A DNA stretch of 64,000 nucleotides from Macrostomum lignano. Lineage: Eukaryota. The position numbers and the translations under genes are program-made. Positions within the stretch are counted from its first letter, which is position 1. Each line of letters opens with the position of its first letter. Positions 1 through 12,707 of this stretch are shown here, one piece after another. Where the stretch lies: positions 1-64,000 of the forward strand of contig NIVC01002456.1 in assembly GCA_002269645.1 (NCBI GenBank), given 5' to 3'. Below the pieces are notes generated by a model. It saw only the letters and a program-made list of their open reading frames with translations. It did no database searches and had not been told where the DNA came from.

Positions 1-61
1 GGCCTGCGGGCGGGATTGGGTCGGCATTTTGAGCATTGGTTGCTTATTGGCTTTTATCGGT

Positions 62-330
62 CCCCTCTCCCACCATCAGCGCTGATTGGCTGGCTGGAAG
101 TCTGTCCCTCCGCCCCACATCAGCGCTGATTGGCTGGCTGGAAGTCTGTCCCTCCGCCCCACCATCAGCGCTGATTGGCTGGCTGGAAGTCTGTCCCTCC
201 GCCCCACCATCAGCGCTGATTGGCTGGCTGGAAGTCTGTCCCTCCGCCCCACCATCAGCGCTGATTGGCTGGCTGGAAGTCTGTCCCTCGCCCCACCATC
301 AGCGCTGATTGGCTGGCTGGAAGTCTCTCT
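62..330. repeat. ~45-bp minisatellite (Mx intron)
   Basis: About 6 copies of ccctccgccccaccatcagcgctgattggctggctggaagtctgt. Confidence 0.95.
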
Positions 331-483
331 CTTGCTTTCTCGCACTCTTCTGACTTTCTGTCTCGTTATCGTTGTTATCGCTGATTGGCAGACAATCTGC
401 CCTCTCTTCTCGTATATTGTAACTGTAATTGTAACTCTAAACAATGCAGGCTGCACGGCCTTGTCCTAATCAATAACCTACAC

Positions 484-3400
484 CTATTCTCAGTTACGTA
501 ATCAGTGCCACTCACTGCTGTTGCCGTTGTCCTTGTAAAGATCCTCCTCAATCTTTGCAATGCGCTCCTGGAACTGGCTGTCCTGCGAGAAACACTCGCG
601 CCTCCTGAAGAAACAGCCGTCCGCTCAGATCCGCTCTGGCCAGCTCCAGCACCTTGGCGATCTCCTCGTTGCTGGTCTCCGTCACCACCTCGAAGATGTC
701 TTGGAAGTCGCCGAATACCTTCTGGGCAATGAGGTGCACCACATCTGTGACCTCGTCGGATACCTGATTGATTTGGTTTTGTGGAAACTTCATCTCAATA
801 GAGCTGCGATTGCCAAAAGAATCCGCCAACCCCATACTTTCACGTTGGTTCAAAGCCCCTTAATTCCCATGGACCGCCTACCACCCTCCCCGCCACTCTC
901 ACGGACCGGCCGATCCCATACGACCGCCACCCCACTCCTCAGCTTCCCGATAAAACCAAAATCATCCAACCTGCTCCAGAAATTGTTCCGCAGGCTGCTT
1001 CAGTTTGTTCAGAAACTCCTCCTTGTAGATTCGTTCAATTATTGGGAACACGTGATCGTAGGAGGCGAGCTCGCGACCTCTCAAATCAGTGATTAGACGG
1101 GTCACCTGCTCGGGCGGCTGCCAATAGTGCGAGATGTGGCTGCGAGTGACCCAGCCTGAGTACGTGAATATAACAGTGTTGAAAATATGAACACACTTTT
1201 TGTTACTCCAACCAGACACCCGAGTCTATCATCTAATTTCTTACCTGGCCAAGCTCTATGAATCTGCTTCCCCAACTCTGTCCAGTGCTTTCTGCACTTG
1301 GCGTACAGGTGAAACCTGGCGTTCATCTCGCCCTGTGTTGCTATGGCCACGTCTTTGTTGAAGTTGCTCAGCATCTCGAACAGGTAGCGCCGTTTCTCGT
1401 CTTTGGTCTCGGCGACCGGCTGGCCGAGACGCTGCAGCTCCTCCTGGAACTTCTTGCGCATCTCCTGCGGGGTGGCAGGGAGGCTCTCGTGTGGAGCTTT
1501 GGGGAATGGGATTTTGATTGGGCAGGTGAGCTGTGTCGGGACCACTGAACACACAATTGACAGTCACTGGCCTGGAGACTTCCTAGGCTTTACGACTCTG
1601 GGATTACAACACCCAGGTGTGCAGAAACCCTAGCTCAGCACACGAGAGTCTGGGGATCAGGACCTCAGCACACGAGAGTCTGGGGATCAGGACCTCAGCA
1701 CACGAGAGTCTTGGGATCAGGACCTCAGCACACACAAGTCTGGGGATCAGGACCTCAGCACATGAGAGTCTGGAGATCAGGACCTCAGCACACGAGGGTC
1801 TGAGGATCAGGACCTCAGCACATGAGAGTCAGGGGATCAGGACCTCAGCACACGAGAGTCTGGGGATCAGGACCTAAACACACGAGAGTCTGGAGATCAG
1901 GACCTCAGCACACGAGAGTCTGGAGATCAGGACCTCAGCACACGAGAGTCTGGGGATCAGGACCTCAGCACACGAGAGTCTTGGGATCAGGACCTCAGCA
2001 CACGAGAGTCTTGGGATCAGGACCTCAGCACACACAAGTCTGGGGATCAGGACCTCAGCACATGAGAGTCAGCGGATCAGGACCTCAGCACATGAGAGTC
2101 TGGGGATCAGGACCTCAGCACACACAAGTCTGGGGATCAGTACATCCAGAATTCTGCAGAATCCCTATTCACTCCCTCACCAGGATGTCATTCTGCAGCG
2201 TGCTGATGTTCCTCTTCACGGACTCAAACAGCTCCTCCGTCAGCTTGTCCGCCAGAGTCCGGATGCCCACGGACTGCTCAGGCAGCTGGCTGAAGTGCCG
2301 GTGAGTCTTGAAGAAAGCCGCCTCGTTGGCCACCGACTCAGCCAGGGTGACGCCGTTGTTGAGCTCCTCGGACTGCGGCACTTCACCATCACGTAGCCCT
2401 TCTTCAGCGGGATCTTCTCGTTGTTGGCGATCTTCAGCGTCTCCTGCTCCGCGCCCTTGTTCACCATGTCCGGGCACGTGAGCACCCCGATGGTGCGCTC
2501 GCCCTGCGGGTCGGCCTCCTTAGCCAGTGACAGCGCCTCGACCGTCTCGATGTCCTGGTGGCACGGCACCACCACCAGGATGAGCACCTGCGGCTGGCTG
2601 ACGTACTTGGCGATGAGCGACTTGGTGATCTGAGCGATGCCAGAACCGCCTGTGGCAGAGTACCTGAGGGTGCAGAGGGTCTCTGCGTCATCCGTCTGTC
2701 TGTCTGTCTGTCTGTCTGTCTGTGTGTCTGTCTGTATGCCTGTCTGTCCGTCTCACCTGGCGATGCCCGGCAGGTCAATCAAGGTCAGGTCGGGCACATC
2801 CGGTCCCTTGATCGCCAGGTCAATCTGCTCACTCGAGATCTCGTTGTCTCCGTGCGTCATCCGCTGCTGGGCCTCCCTCACGGCTCCGTCCACTTCCCCA
2901 GGCGAGTTGAGCTCCTTGTCCACCTTGTGCCCGTTGACGTCCTTGTAGCTGATGCGACCGTGCCACGGCGCCTCTGGGTCGGCGTTCCACTGCATGGACA
3001 GCTGCAGGGCGCAGCGGGTGACCATGCCGGTGCCGCGGGGAAATTCCACGCCCGAGATGGCCTCCAGCACCGAGGACTTGCCCACCGACTGGTCGCCCAC
3101 CACCGCCACCATGGGCAGCTTGAGGTCGCTCTGCAGGCCGTGGGAGCGCAGCTCGTCGATGCGGTTCAGCACCGGCCGGATGCGCTGGCGGAAGGCCGAG
3201 GACAGCGCCGGCAGCTCGTCGTGCTGGTCGCCTGCATCACCGTCAGGACCGACGGCGGAGCCGTTCATGTGGCTGGGAGTTGTGGGATTCGGTTCGGGAT
3301 TTCTGGGGATTTTTGAAGCTGATCTGGGGTTCTGAGTGCGGTAGGAAGATTGGAGAATGCTCTGGAGTTTTATTATTGGGACTAGTTAGGAGGATTTGGG

Positions 3401-3789
3401 TTTATTTTGGGATTTATGGTGATTTTGGGATCAACTGGGACTATTTGGGATTAGTTTGGACTATATGGGATGAGATGGGACAATTTTGGATCAATTGGGA
3501 CTGTTTGGGATTAGTTGGGACTATATAGGATATCTTGGGACTATTTGGGATTAGTTTGGACTATTTGGAATCATCTGGGACAGTTTGGGGATCAGCTGGG
3601 ACTATTTGGGATCAGTCGGGACTTTTTTGGGATCAGCTGGCTCACGAGTCCTGGAGCTCCTGGATGCCCGACGGCGACGGCAGCTGGCTGTTGAGCTGCT
3701 CCTGAAGTGCCTCCTGAACATCAGGCTGGGCACCGCCGCTCGGACTGAGCAGCTCGCTGGGCGGTCTCGATTTCTTCTTTCGCTGGCGT
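484..3789 (-). CDS. MX: Mx-like interferon-inducible-type dynamin-superfamily GTPase; 3'-partial (GED expected beyond the left window edge); two apparent frameshifts
   Basis: Exons 3789-3646, 3272-2757, 2663-2181, 1464-1245, 1155-971 and 763-~490 have GT-AG boundaries with consistent phases. Motifs: G1 GDQSVGKSS, G2 PRGTGMVTRC, G3 DLPG, G4-like TCPD, KKGYVMVKCR, stalk RGRELASY and VFSQD. One base is missing near 2370 and one extra base lies near 590. The start codon is either ATG 3268 or in an unresolved upstream exon. Confidence 0.9.
1634..2141. repeat. 30-bp minisatellite (Mx intron)
   Basis: About 17 copies of cacacgagagtctggggatcaggacctcag. Confidence 0.95.
3395..3640. repeat. Degenerate ~20-bp tandem repeat (Mx intron)
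   Basis: Recurring tttgggattagtttggacta-like units. Confidence 0.75.
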
Positions 3790-4696
3790 CTGATAAAGCA
3801 AGTGCAGTATAATTTTACAGTAAATGACTGTGCAATACCCCACAAGTCTGAGTCCCAATGTAGATCATGTTAATGCAAATTACCTTGAAGTTTCCAGACT
3901 CATATTGCACAGTAATATTATATTTTACTGTTATAATCCTACTGATATTCTATACTAACTTTAGCAGAATTTCTACAACTTTGCCGATTCACTATGCCCC
4001 GAAGACTTTTATAGTAGGCCAAGAGGAGGGGGCTCCGCAATTTCCAAGAAATTCCACGTCAGCAGGGGATCAGTTGAAATGTATAGAGGCTGAGATCAAC
4101 TGTTCTGGTAAGCAATGTACTTTTAATATAGTTAGTGTACAACTGAATCCTGCATGTACAGAGGGGAAGCTTTAACTGTCTGAAGTGGATTGTACAAGCA
4201 AAGCTTGACTAACCTTCAGCTGCCATAACTTTTCATCACGTGAAGCGATTGACTTTAAAATGGACAAAATAAATTATTGACTCATTGTCTGTGGGAATAT
4301 GAAGTCTCAAATTTGTAACTCAATCAGAATGGAGACTGTAAGCAAGTGAAGCTTGGCTGTTTTTTTGGTTTTGGGCTGCCCACTCACTCATTTCCCCAGA
4401 AGGATGCATAGGTCTCAGTGTACACGGAAACGTACAGTGTTTTGGAGTAACTTACCCTCATCTGCGGTATTCTCTGCATTGCCCCAGTGCAATGTACGCG
4501 CTACGGGTAGCTAAAGACAGGTACCCGTACAGTGCAGATAATTCATCCAATTTCCTGGAAAAAATACACAGCAAAACAAGGAAAATATTATTTAAAAAAT
4601 GAATTTTTCACTACATAGCTCTATAAATGTAAAATAAAACAGCAACAACAAAATACTTTGTCAGTTAAGCAAGTCTTCAAAGGCAAAAACCTTTTG

Positions 4697-7575
4697 TCAC
4701 AGGGCGCGGTTCAGGGCCTGGGTGCAAGCGAACGTAGGCTGCACCGCTGACAGTAGGGTTCACAAAATCCAGGATTCTGTCAATCCCGGGATTGATATTT
4801 TTCCAGTAGCATCCTTGTCGTAACATTGTTACGACAGCTAAAGGGGTAATGCTAGTCTGGTAATATAATATATATAGACTATCTAATATATATCACTGTC
4901 ATTATTGATTACTATGCAAAGCAATATGAATGTATATACATGTATTACATACTATGTACAGTAGTAGCACTAGCAGTATGCACATTGCAAAACAAATGCA
5001 CATGACTCGTGGACGTGGTCGTGGAGTCGTTGGCCCGTGGCATGAGGCACACTCACAAGGAGTCACAAGGACTCACAGTCACAACACAAGTCACAACCTG
5101 AACCTACTACCGCCTGGGCATTCACGTTGTCACTTGTCAGTCTGGAGTCTGGACTCACGACTACGAGTTCAAACTTTAAAATCAAATCTCAACTTTAAAT
5201 TATTTAAACAAGACTAAAAACTCAAGCAGCATTAAAGACCTTACAAAGTGGGCAACGGAGAATGGACATGTATGCGTGTATGTTCCATAGTTGAACTGTC
5301 ATTTTATGATAAAATACTTGCTATTATATCAGACATTATAAAAACATAGCATTAACGTTCCGGGATTGAATCCCAACCCTGTGAATCCCGGGATCCCGGG
5401 ATCCCGGAAAAAGCCCGGAATCCCGGGATTGTGACCCCTAGCTGACAGTGATCGGGGCGTCAGCCAGCAGCCAGTCGACGAAACGCCGAGTGCACGCCTG
5501 TCCTCGCCGGTAGGGCGCCTGCAGCGTCTGCAGCGGCCACCAGCTGCGGGCAGTACGACTCCTCTAGCTGGAGACGTCGACGGCGCAACGTCGACGGCGG
5601 CTCGAGCGAATCCGACAGCGTCCAGCAACAGACTGTACAGCAGCACGGTCTCGATCAACGCCTAGAACAACGCCGCCCTCTGGCGGTCGGGCGGGGCCTT
5701 GGACTGCAGGACAGCCCTCACAGAACGGAAGGCAGCCCAGGCAAGTCTGCGGCGGCGTCGCAGATCCTCCCGAACGTCAGGCATCAGACCGCCGAGGTAG
5801 ACGAACTGCTGACAGCACAGAAGCTTCGTCACCTGTCCATCAGCGCCTCGGCAGAAAATTGCAGCCTCGATGTCGTCCGGCACGCAGAGCACGACGGTCT
5901 TCTGCGTGTTGACCACCAGGCCGACACTCGCCGCAACGCTCACCAACCGGTCCAGTTGTCGCTGGGCGCCGTTGACGGTCGAGGACAGCAGGGCGAGATC
6001 GTCGTCGTAGCCAAGCACGCTGAGCCGCCTCTCCGGTTGGCGTCGACCCTCGGGTCGCTGCAGCAGGAAGCCGTCATCTTTAGAAGGGAGAGCAGTCTAC
6101 AGCACCCAGTCAAGTACCAGGACGAACAGGAAAGACGCAAGCGTATCTCATTGAAGCAGCCAAGAGGATGTCTCAAAGAAATCCGACAGGCCGTCCGGTG
6201 TTAGCACAGCATGTGCCATGATGCAGAGACATGACGGCGGAAATCAGCTGCTCTGGCAGGTTGTACGCACGAAGCACCATTGGGAGCACGGCCCTCACGA
6301 CCGAGTTGAAAGCCTTCCAGAAGTCAATTAAGAGAAATATCAGGTTTGACTGGCGGGCCCGGAGTCTTCTGAGCGAGAATCACAACGTCGTCTGTGCCGA
6401 CTGGTGCTACATTGAAACTCTCCTCTGCCGACAACGGCGTCCCCGGCGGCAGCCTCAGATCGTTAGGCAGCGGGGGCGGCACTTTGACGATGGCAGCGAA
6501 GAACTCGGGCAGCTCATTTCTGCGCTCATCTGGAGTGTCGCCAACAAGGTTGTGCGAGATGCGCCGCTTCCACCCCGTCAGAGCGTTGATGGGGGAGCAG
6601 GCCACGTGCCCTTTGGCGTCGGGTCCAGCGGCTCTGCCTTCGCTTGCCGAATCGCAGGGTCATTCAGCCAGACCGGCTGCCTACGTTGGGCCGGTTGCAT
6701 CAACGGGACTGCTTGCTCCGCCGCTGCTCTAACCGCGGCACTTATCTCTGTGTACTCGGCGCGCCCGCATCAAGCGCGCTGACGAAGGCACTAGCGAAAT
6801 GGTGACGCGTCTGGGTGTCCTTGAGCGCACGGTAATAGCGTCGCGGTGGCCGCTTCGGCGAACGGTAAAGCGGATCGCGTACACAGGTCGCAGACGAGTA
6901 GCCGACGGTCGGACCGCAGAGCCAGCGACGTGATGTTGCGGTACTTGACGGCGCGGCGGCGCTCACAATGCACCAGCACGTGATCGAGCTGTGCCTGCCT
7001 CCGCGGCACATTCCGGCCGCACGCATTCCTCTGCCACCGCTTGAAGCCCACGAAGATCGCGAGAGGTGGCTCGCGGAAGCGGGTGTTGGCCGACACCATG
7101 TCCTGCCTCTCCAGGAAGTCCTCCAGCGCTCCGGTGTTGCCGTTCTCGCGCGGTGTCACAAACAGCGACCGCTCGGACCTTACGCAAAACTGCGTTCAGG
7201 TCTCTGAGGACGGCCACTGTGTCACGCTGCGCCGGCCCACCACCTGGGCCGAGAGCTGCTCGAAGACGTCTTGAGACTCGTCAGGACGGGTGGCAGGAGG
7301 CGCGTACGCGCAGAACAGGCGAGCGTTCCGGCCGCGAAGCCGCCGTCGACCCGCGCTCCAACTCCTCCACGGCCTTGTTGGTTCGCCGGCGTGTACCAGC
7401 GGGTGCAACCGGCGCTCAGGTCCTCACAGTGAATTCCCGGGTTGGACCTCTTGTAGCGAGATGACATCGCATCTAAGGTCCAGCTGCGCCAACTGCGCCA
7501 ACATGTTGAATATCTCGACTTGATTCTTGTTTGAGAAGGTGCGCAACAAGCTTGGCCCGTGTTCCCCCTACACCA
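4697..7575 (-). mobile_element. Decayed RTE-like non-LTR retrotransposon (APE endonuclease + RT), interrupted by a MITE
   Basis: Frameshifted fragments: APE CDVISLQEV (~7450), CAYAPP, DLNA, NTRF, QLDHVL, SD(H)RLL. RT IDFWKAFNSV (~6310), DTLA-FLFVLVLDWVL, LGYDDDL (YADD-equivalent), GLVVNTQKT, FVYLG, ETVLLY, RRFVDWLLADA. The ORF ends RAL* at 4697 on the far side of the MITE. Part of the RT N-terminal region appears deleted. Confidence 0.9.
4754..5440. mobile_element. Non-autonomous hAT-type MITE (687 bp)
   Basis: Imperfect TIRs TAGGGTTCACAA(4754) and TTGTGACCCCTA(5440). Perfect 8-bp TSD GCTGACAG at 4746-4753 and 5441-5448. Subterminal AATCCCGGGATT palindromes at both ends. Confidence 0.92.
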
Positions 7576-8082
7576 GTCTCATTTTTGGCAGCTTTTTAGT
7601 AAAATTGACGCTCTATGGATTATTTGTCGCGTTTTCCAATACTACTGTAACTGCTGAGTAGTACAGCAGACATTTTTTGCCACTTAGTTTGAGATGCGCA
7701 AAATTGGAATTCTCTATTGACAATTTCAATATAGACCGGGCCGTTCTCTACGCAGTAAAACAAATAATCAATTTAGCTTGTATAGTTGTAGAATCTCTGG
7801 TGTGTCTTTCCATGTAGTAAGATTTTACTAGCCTATATGAAATCTGCGTAAGCCCAGCGCGTTGTTCCATGACTAATCTCAACACAGTACTCGCACTGTG
7901 TTCCCTAACACTCCAGCTGTGTGGTCTGTGGCTGCTGGCTGCCACTGCACACTAATTAAATAACAAAATAAGATGCCCGCATGCATTGTACCCTCGGTTC
8001 AGGGCTTCAGCAGTTACTGAAGCGTGCACTCCGAACCTCATTGGTGAATCTGCTTTTAGATAGATAAAATCTATTTAGATAG

Positions 8083-8597
<515 letters not shown>

Positions 8598-9424
8598 TGA
8601 TGGTACACTGTGTACTTTGATACCCCCGTCTCTGAGCCGATGCCAGCCGACCAGATACTGGTTCAGCATCTGCCGCACTCTTGCTAGTGCGAATGCACTC
8701 ACAGTTCCTTTTGAGCTGTAATAGAGGAATAGTGCCCCATCTTTTTCTAGTCAGCTGTCTGTCACCTTGCGCCAGTTCTAGGAAACCGTCTGTTAGTCAT
8801 TCGTCACAACAGATAAACAGATTTGGAGGCTCACGAATAGGCTCAGACTCTCAACTGAATTAGTTTGGATGGTACTAACAGCAAGAAATGATTTAAGAAT
8901 TAAAATTGTTAATCAGATCTGGTACTATAAAAGTAAAATTACAAATATTAAAATTTAGTTGGCTTGAGTGGAATTGCTGAGATGCCAGAGCTCACTGAGG
9001 AGATTTTCCCTCAATGTCGGCTATTTAATCAAAAGTACAGCCTTGACCTTTCTGTGCCACTAACCAAAATCGAATTTCAGTTTCCATCTATCTCCCATCG
9101 CTTTCTCGCTTTTCAAGCCAACCTTTCTTCAATTCAATCATTATTTCAGTTGGTCTCTCTGAGTTCTTCCACTTGCTGTAATTTCTTCCAGAGGAGGGAG
9201 GGTAGGAGGCAGGACCCAACCAATGCAAGCAAAATTTCATTTCTTACTAGCAAAGAGGTGAACTGGGATTTTCGAAAATCCAATCCATTAAGGGGTGGGG
9301 TGGGAGACGTCTTGGTCCTTTTTCTGTCACTCTCAAAAAGACATTGCGTGTGCCGAATTATATGGAACTTAGAGATAGATTATCATTACAGAGAATCTGT
9401 CAGTAGATTGTCAGCATTATAGAG

Positions 9425-10310
9425 AGACTCTGTCAGTATATTGTCAGAGAGAGACTCTGTCAGTAGATTGTCAGAGAGACTCTGTCAGTAGATTGTCGGA
9501 GAGACTCTGTCAGTAGATTGTCATCATTAGAGAGAATCTGTCAGTATATTGTCAGCATTAGAGAGACCCTGTCAGTAGTAGATTGTCAGCATTAGAGAAT
9601 CTGTCAGTAGATTGTCAGCATTAGAGAATCTGTCAGTAGATTGTCAGCATTAGAGAGACTGTCAGTAGATTGTCAGCATTAGAGAGACTCTGTCAGTAGA
9701 TTGTCAGCATTAGAGAATCTGTCAGTAGATTGTCAGCATTAGAGAGACTGTCAGTAGATTTTCAGCATTAGAGAGACTGTCAGTAGATTGTCAGCATTAT
9801 AGAGAGACTCTGTCAGTAGATTGTCAGCATTAGAGAGACCCTGTCAGTAGATTGTCAGCATTAGAGACAATCTGTCAGTAGATTGTCAGCATTAGAGAAT
9901 CTGTCAGTATATTGTCAGCATTAGAGAGACTATGTCAGTAGATTGTCAGCATTAGAGAGACTCTGTCAGTAGATTGTCAGAGAGACTATGTCAGTAGATT
10001 GTCAGCATTAGAGAGAATCTGTCAGTAGATTGTCAGCATTAGAGAATCTGTCAGTATATTGTCAGCATTAGAGAGACTATGTCAGTAGATTGTCAGTATT
10101 AGAGAGACTCTGTCAGTAGATTGTCAGAGAGACTATGTCAGTAGATTGTCAGCATTAGAGAGACTCTGTCAGTAGATTGTCGGAGAGACTCTGTCAGTAG
10201 ATTGTCAGCATTAGAGAGACTCTGTCAGTAGATTGTCGGAGAGACTCTGTCAGTAGATTGTCGGAGAGACTATGTCAGTAGATTGTCAGAGAGACTCTGT
10301 CAGTAGATTA
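9425..10310. repeat. ~30-bp minisatellite
   Basis: Units like ctctgtcagtagattgtcagcattagagaga, with length variants. Confidence 0.95.
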
Positions 10311-10614
10311 TACGGCTGGCCTATCCAGCGAGTAACTCATGAAAATGAGTGACGCACCAATCAGCCAATGAGAGGCAACCAAGCAACGATTGGCTGCCCT
10401 TGTACCCAAATAAGTTGCAGTCTCAATGTCGAGTCGCTGAATTGCTAAAACAATCTCTGTAAAACAAGTTGGCGAACAATTTTTTTATTATAAATTTCTT
10501 TTGATCGGCAAGACAGTCGCTTAAATCCTTTGGTGAGCAATAGCGTTGTTTATAATAAAGTTTTAGTTTAATAATTACAAATAGTGTAAATGCACCCTGA
10601 CATCCTGCTTCTGA

Positions 10615-10775
10615 CACCTTTACGAGTATAACACCTCTGACATCCTCATAGTAGATTTCTGACATCCTCATAGTAGATTTCTGACATCCTCATAGTAGAG
10701 TTCTGACATCCTCGTAGTAGATTTCTGACATCCTCATAGTAGAGCCCTGACATTCTAAAGCTAGAGCTCTGACAT
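10615..10775. repeat. 22-bp minisatellite
   Basis: Copies of ctgacatcctcatagtagattt. Confidence 0.85.
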
Positions 10776-11389
10776 GCTCATAAAAGCTTATTAATCGACC
10801 AAACTCACATCAAAGAAGGCAAGCAAGAAAAAACAGAATATCGCAACTGAAAAGAGTGCATTAATTTATGCAATACTAACGGCTGAGATTGAGCGGGTGC
10901 GCATTCTAGAAAAAGAGAACTGCATCCCCACATTTTGCCATTTTTAATACGAGTATCGACTAAGAAGCAAAAGATAATCGATAGGCTAGCTTAGCTTTAC
11001 CGGGCTCTACTAATAGTCAAACAGACCCACCTGCTTCTAATTCCTTTCTGCCTACGCCCACTCAAAGTTAGGTAGAAAAGGAAAGAGTAGGAGGAGCCAA
11101 GGATGAAAAAGCAGTCCAACTATACGCTATAAAAACTTCTCGAAAGCTTGTACAAAATGGCCGGGTGGAGGCCGAAGTTGCGTGACTGGGTAATGGGTGC
11201 ATGTGGTTGCGCCAGTTCGGGGAACCTTTGAATAGAGATAGAGAATAGAGAAATTACTATATACTAATTTTCGTATCGATTTGGATATCTGAATCTGCAC
11301 TATTAAGCCTTGCTGGCTTCATTACTTCTGCTTGTTGCATCGGATTCACGTCTACCTGTAGGTCGCCACATTTGTTTGTTTGATGCTCA

Positions 11390-11990
<601 letters not shown>

Positions 11991-12120
11991 TCATCAAACA
12001 GAAATCTGATAAAAGACAAGCCAAGCTCTTTCTTCCTCGGACCATCCTTCTCGCTTTAATATTCCGTTTTTGTCTCCTTTTTGAGAAGCAACCTGTGCAT
12101 GCCAGTATAAGAGTACTTGG

Positions 12121-12651
12121 ATGCAACCGTCTCCACCGATGCCCCAAAAAATCCAGCTACCCAAAATTTCCAGCCCCTCTACAGCACGCATGAGGCGACA
12201 TCGGTCGAGCCAGCTCAAGCGGCTGATCTCTGTCTGCCACTGCCACCTGCTGCTGCTGCTGCTCCGCACCCCAACAACCGCAGCAAACAAGCCCCTAGAA
12301 GCAGCAACCAGCCCGACCCAATCGCCATCGATTAAGCAGTTAAAACTCGACGCCGGTAAGACAACGCAAAACTACCAACGGGAAGATTTAGAGGACGATG
12401 CTGGTCACAAAGACTTCATCTTTGTTGTCGGGTTCCTCTGCTTAGCCAGCTTCGGCTTCGTCGCTTTGGTGGCGTTCTGCACTCGCTACGCAGCCTCGAA
12501 GTCCGACCGGCAGGCGGAACGCTACATGAGAGACGTGGCCGAGAGACGAAGAATCAGCGCCGAGGCGACCGCGGCGGCGTCCGTCAACAAGCGCGACGCT
12601 CATGCCGTCGCCCTAGTGCCAAGGATCACTGTGGACGCGAGCTCCGTCTGA
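12121..12651 (+). CDS. Orphan putative single-pass membrane protein (176 aa from ATG 12121, or ~153 aa from ATG 12190)
   Basis: Non-repetitive, GC-rich intronless ORF. Hydrophobic leader [14 protein letters not shown], a TM-like segment [22 protein letters not shown] followed by basic residues, and a C-terminal V. No homology recognised. Confidence 0.5.
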   Translation: MQPSPPMPQKIQLPKISSPSTARMRRHRSSQLKRLISVCHCHLLLLLLRTPTTAANKPLEAATSPTQSPSIKQLKLDAGKTTQNYQREDLEDDAGHKDFIFVVGFLCLASFGFVALVAFCTRYAASKSDRQAERYMRDVAERRRISAEATAAASVNKRDAHAVALVPRITVDASSV

Positions 12652-12707
12652 GCTCCATACATGTGTACTCGGTTGCACCACTGACAATAAGTTAACTGCG
12701 TCTCTTG

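Noticed and set aside
4455-4554. Candidate upstream Mx exon with strong splice signals
   Set aside because: All three frames contain stops; it can only be UTR and cannot be confirmed without transcripts.
8964-9422. 152-aa non-repetitive ORF
   Set aside because: Non-ATG start, no motifs and no coding-like composition.
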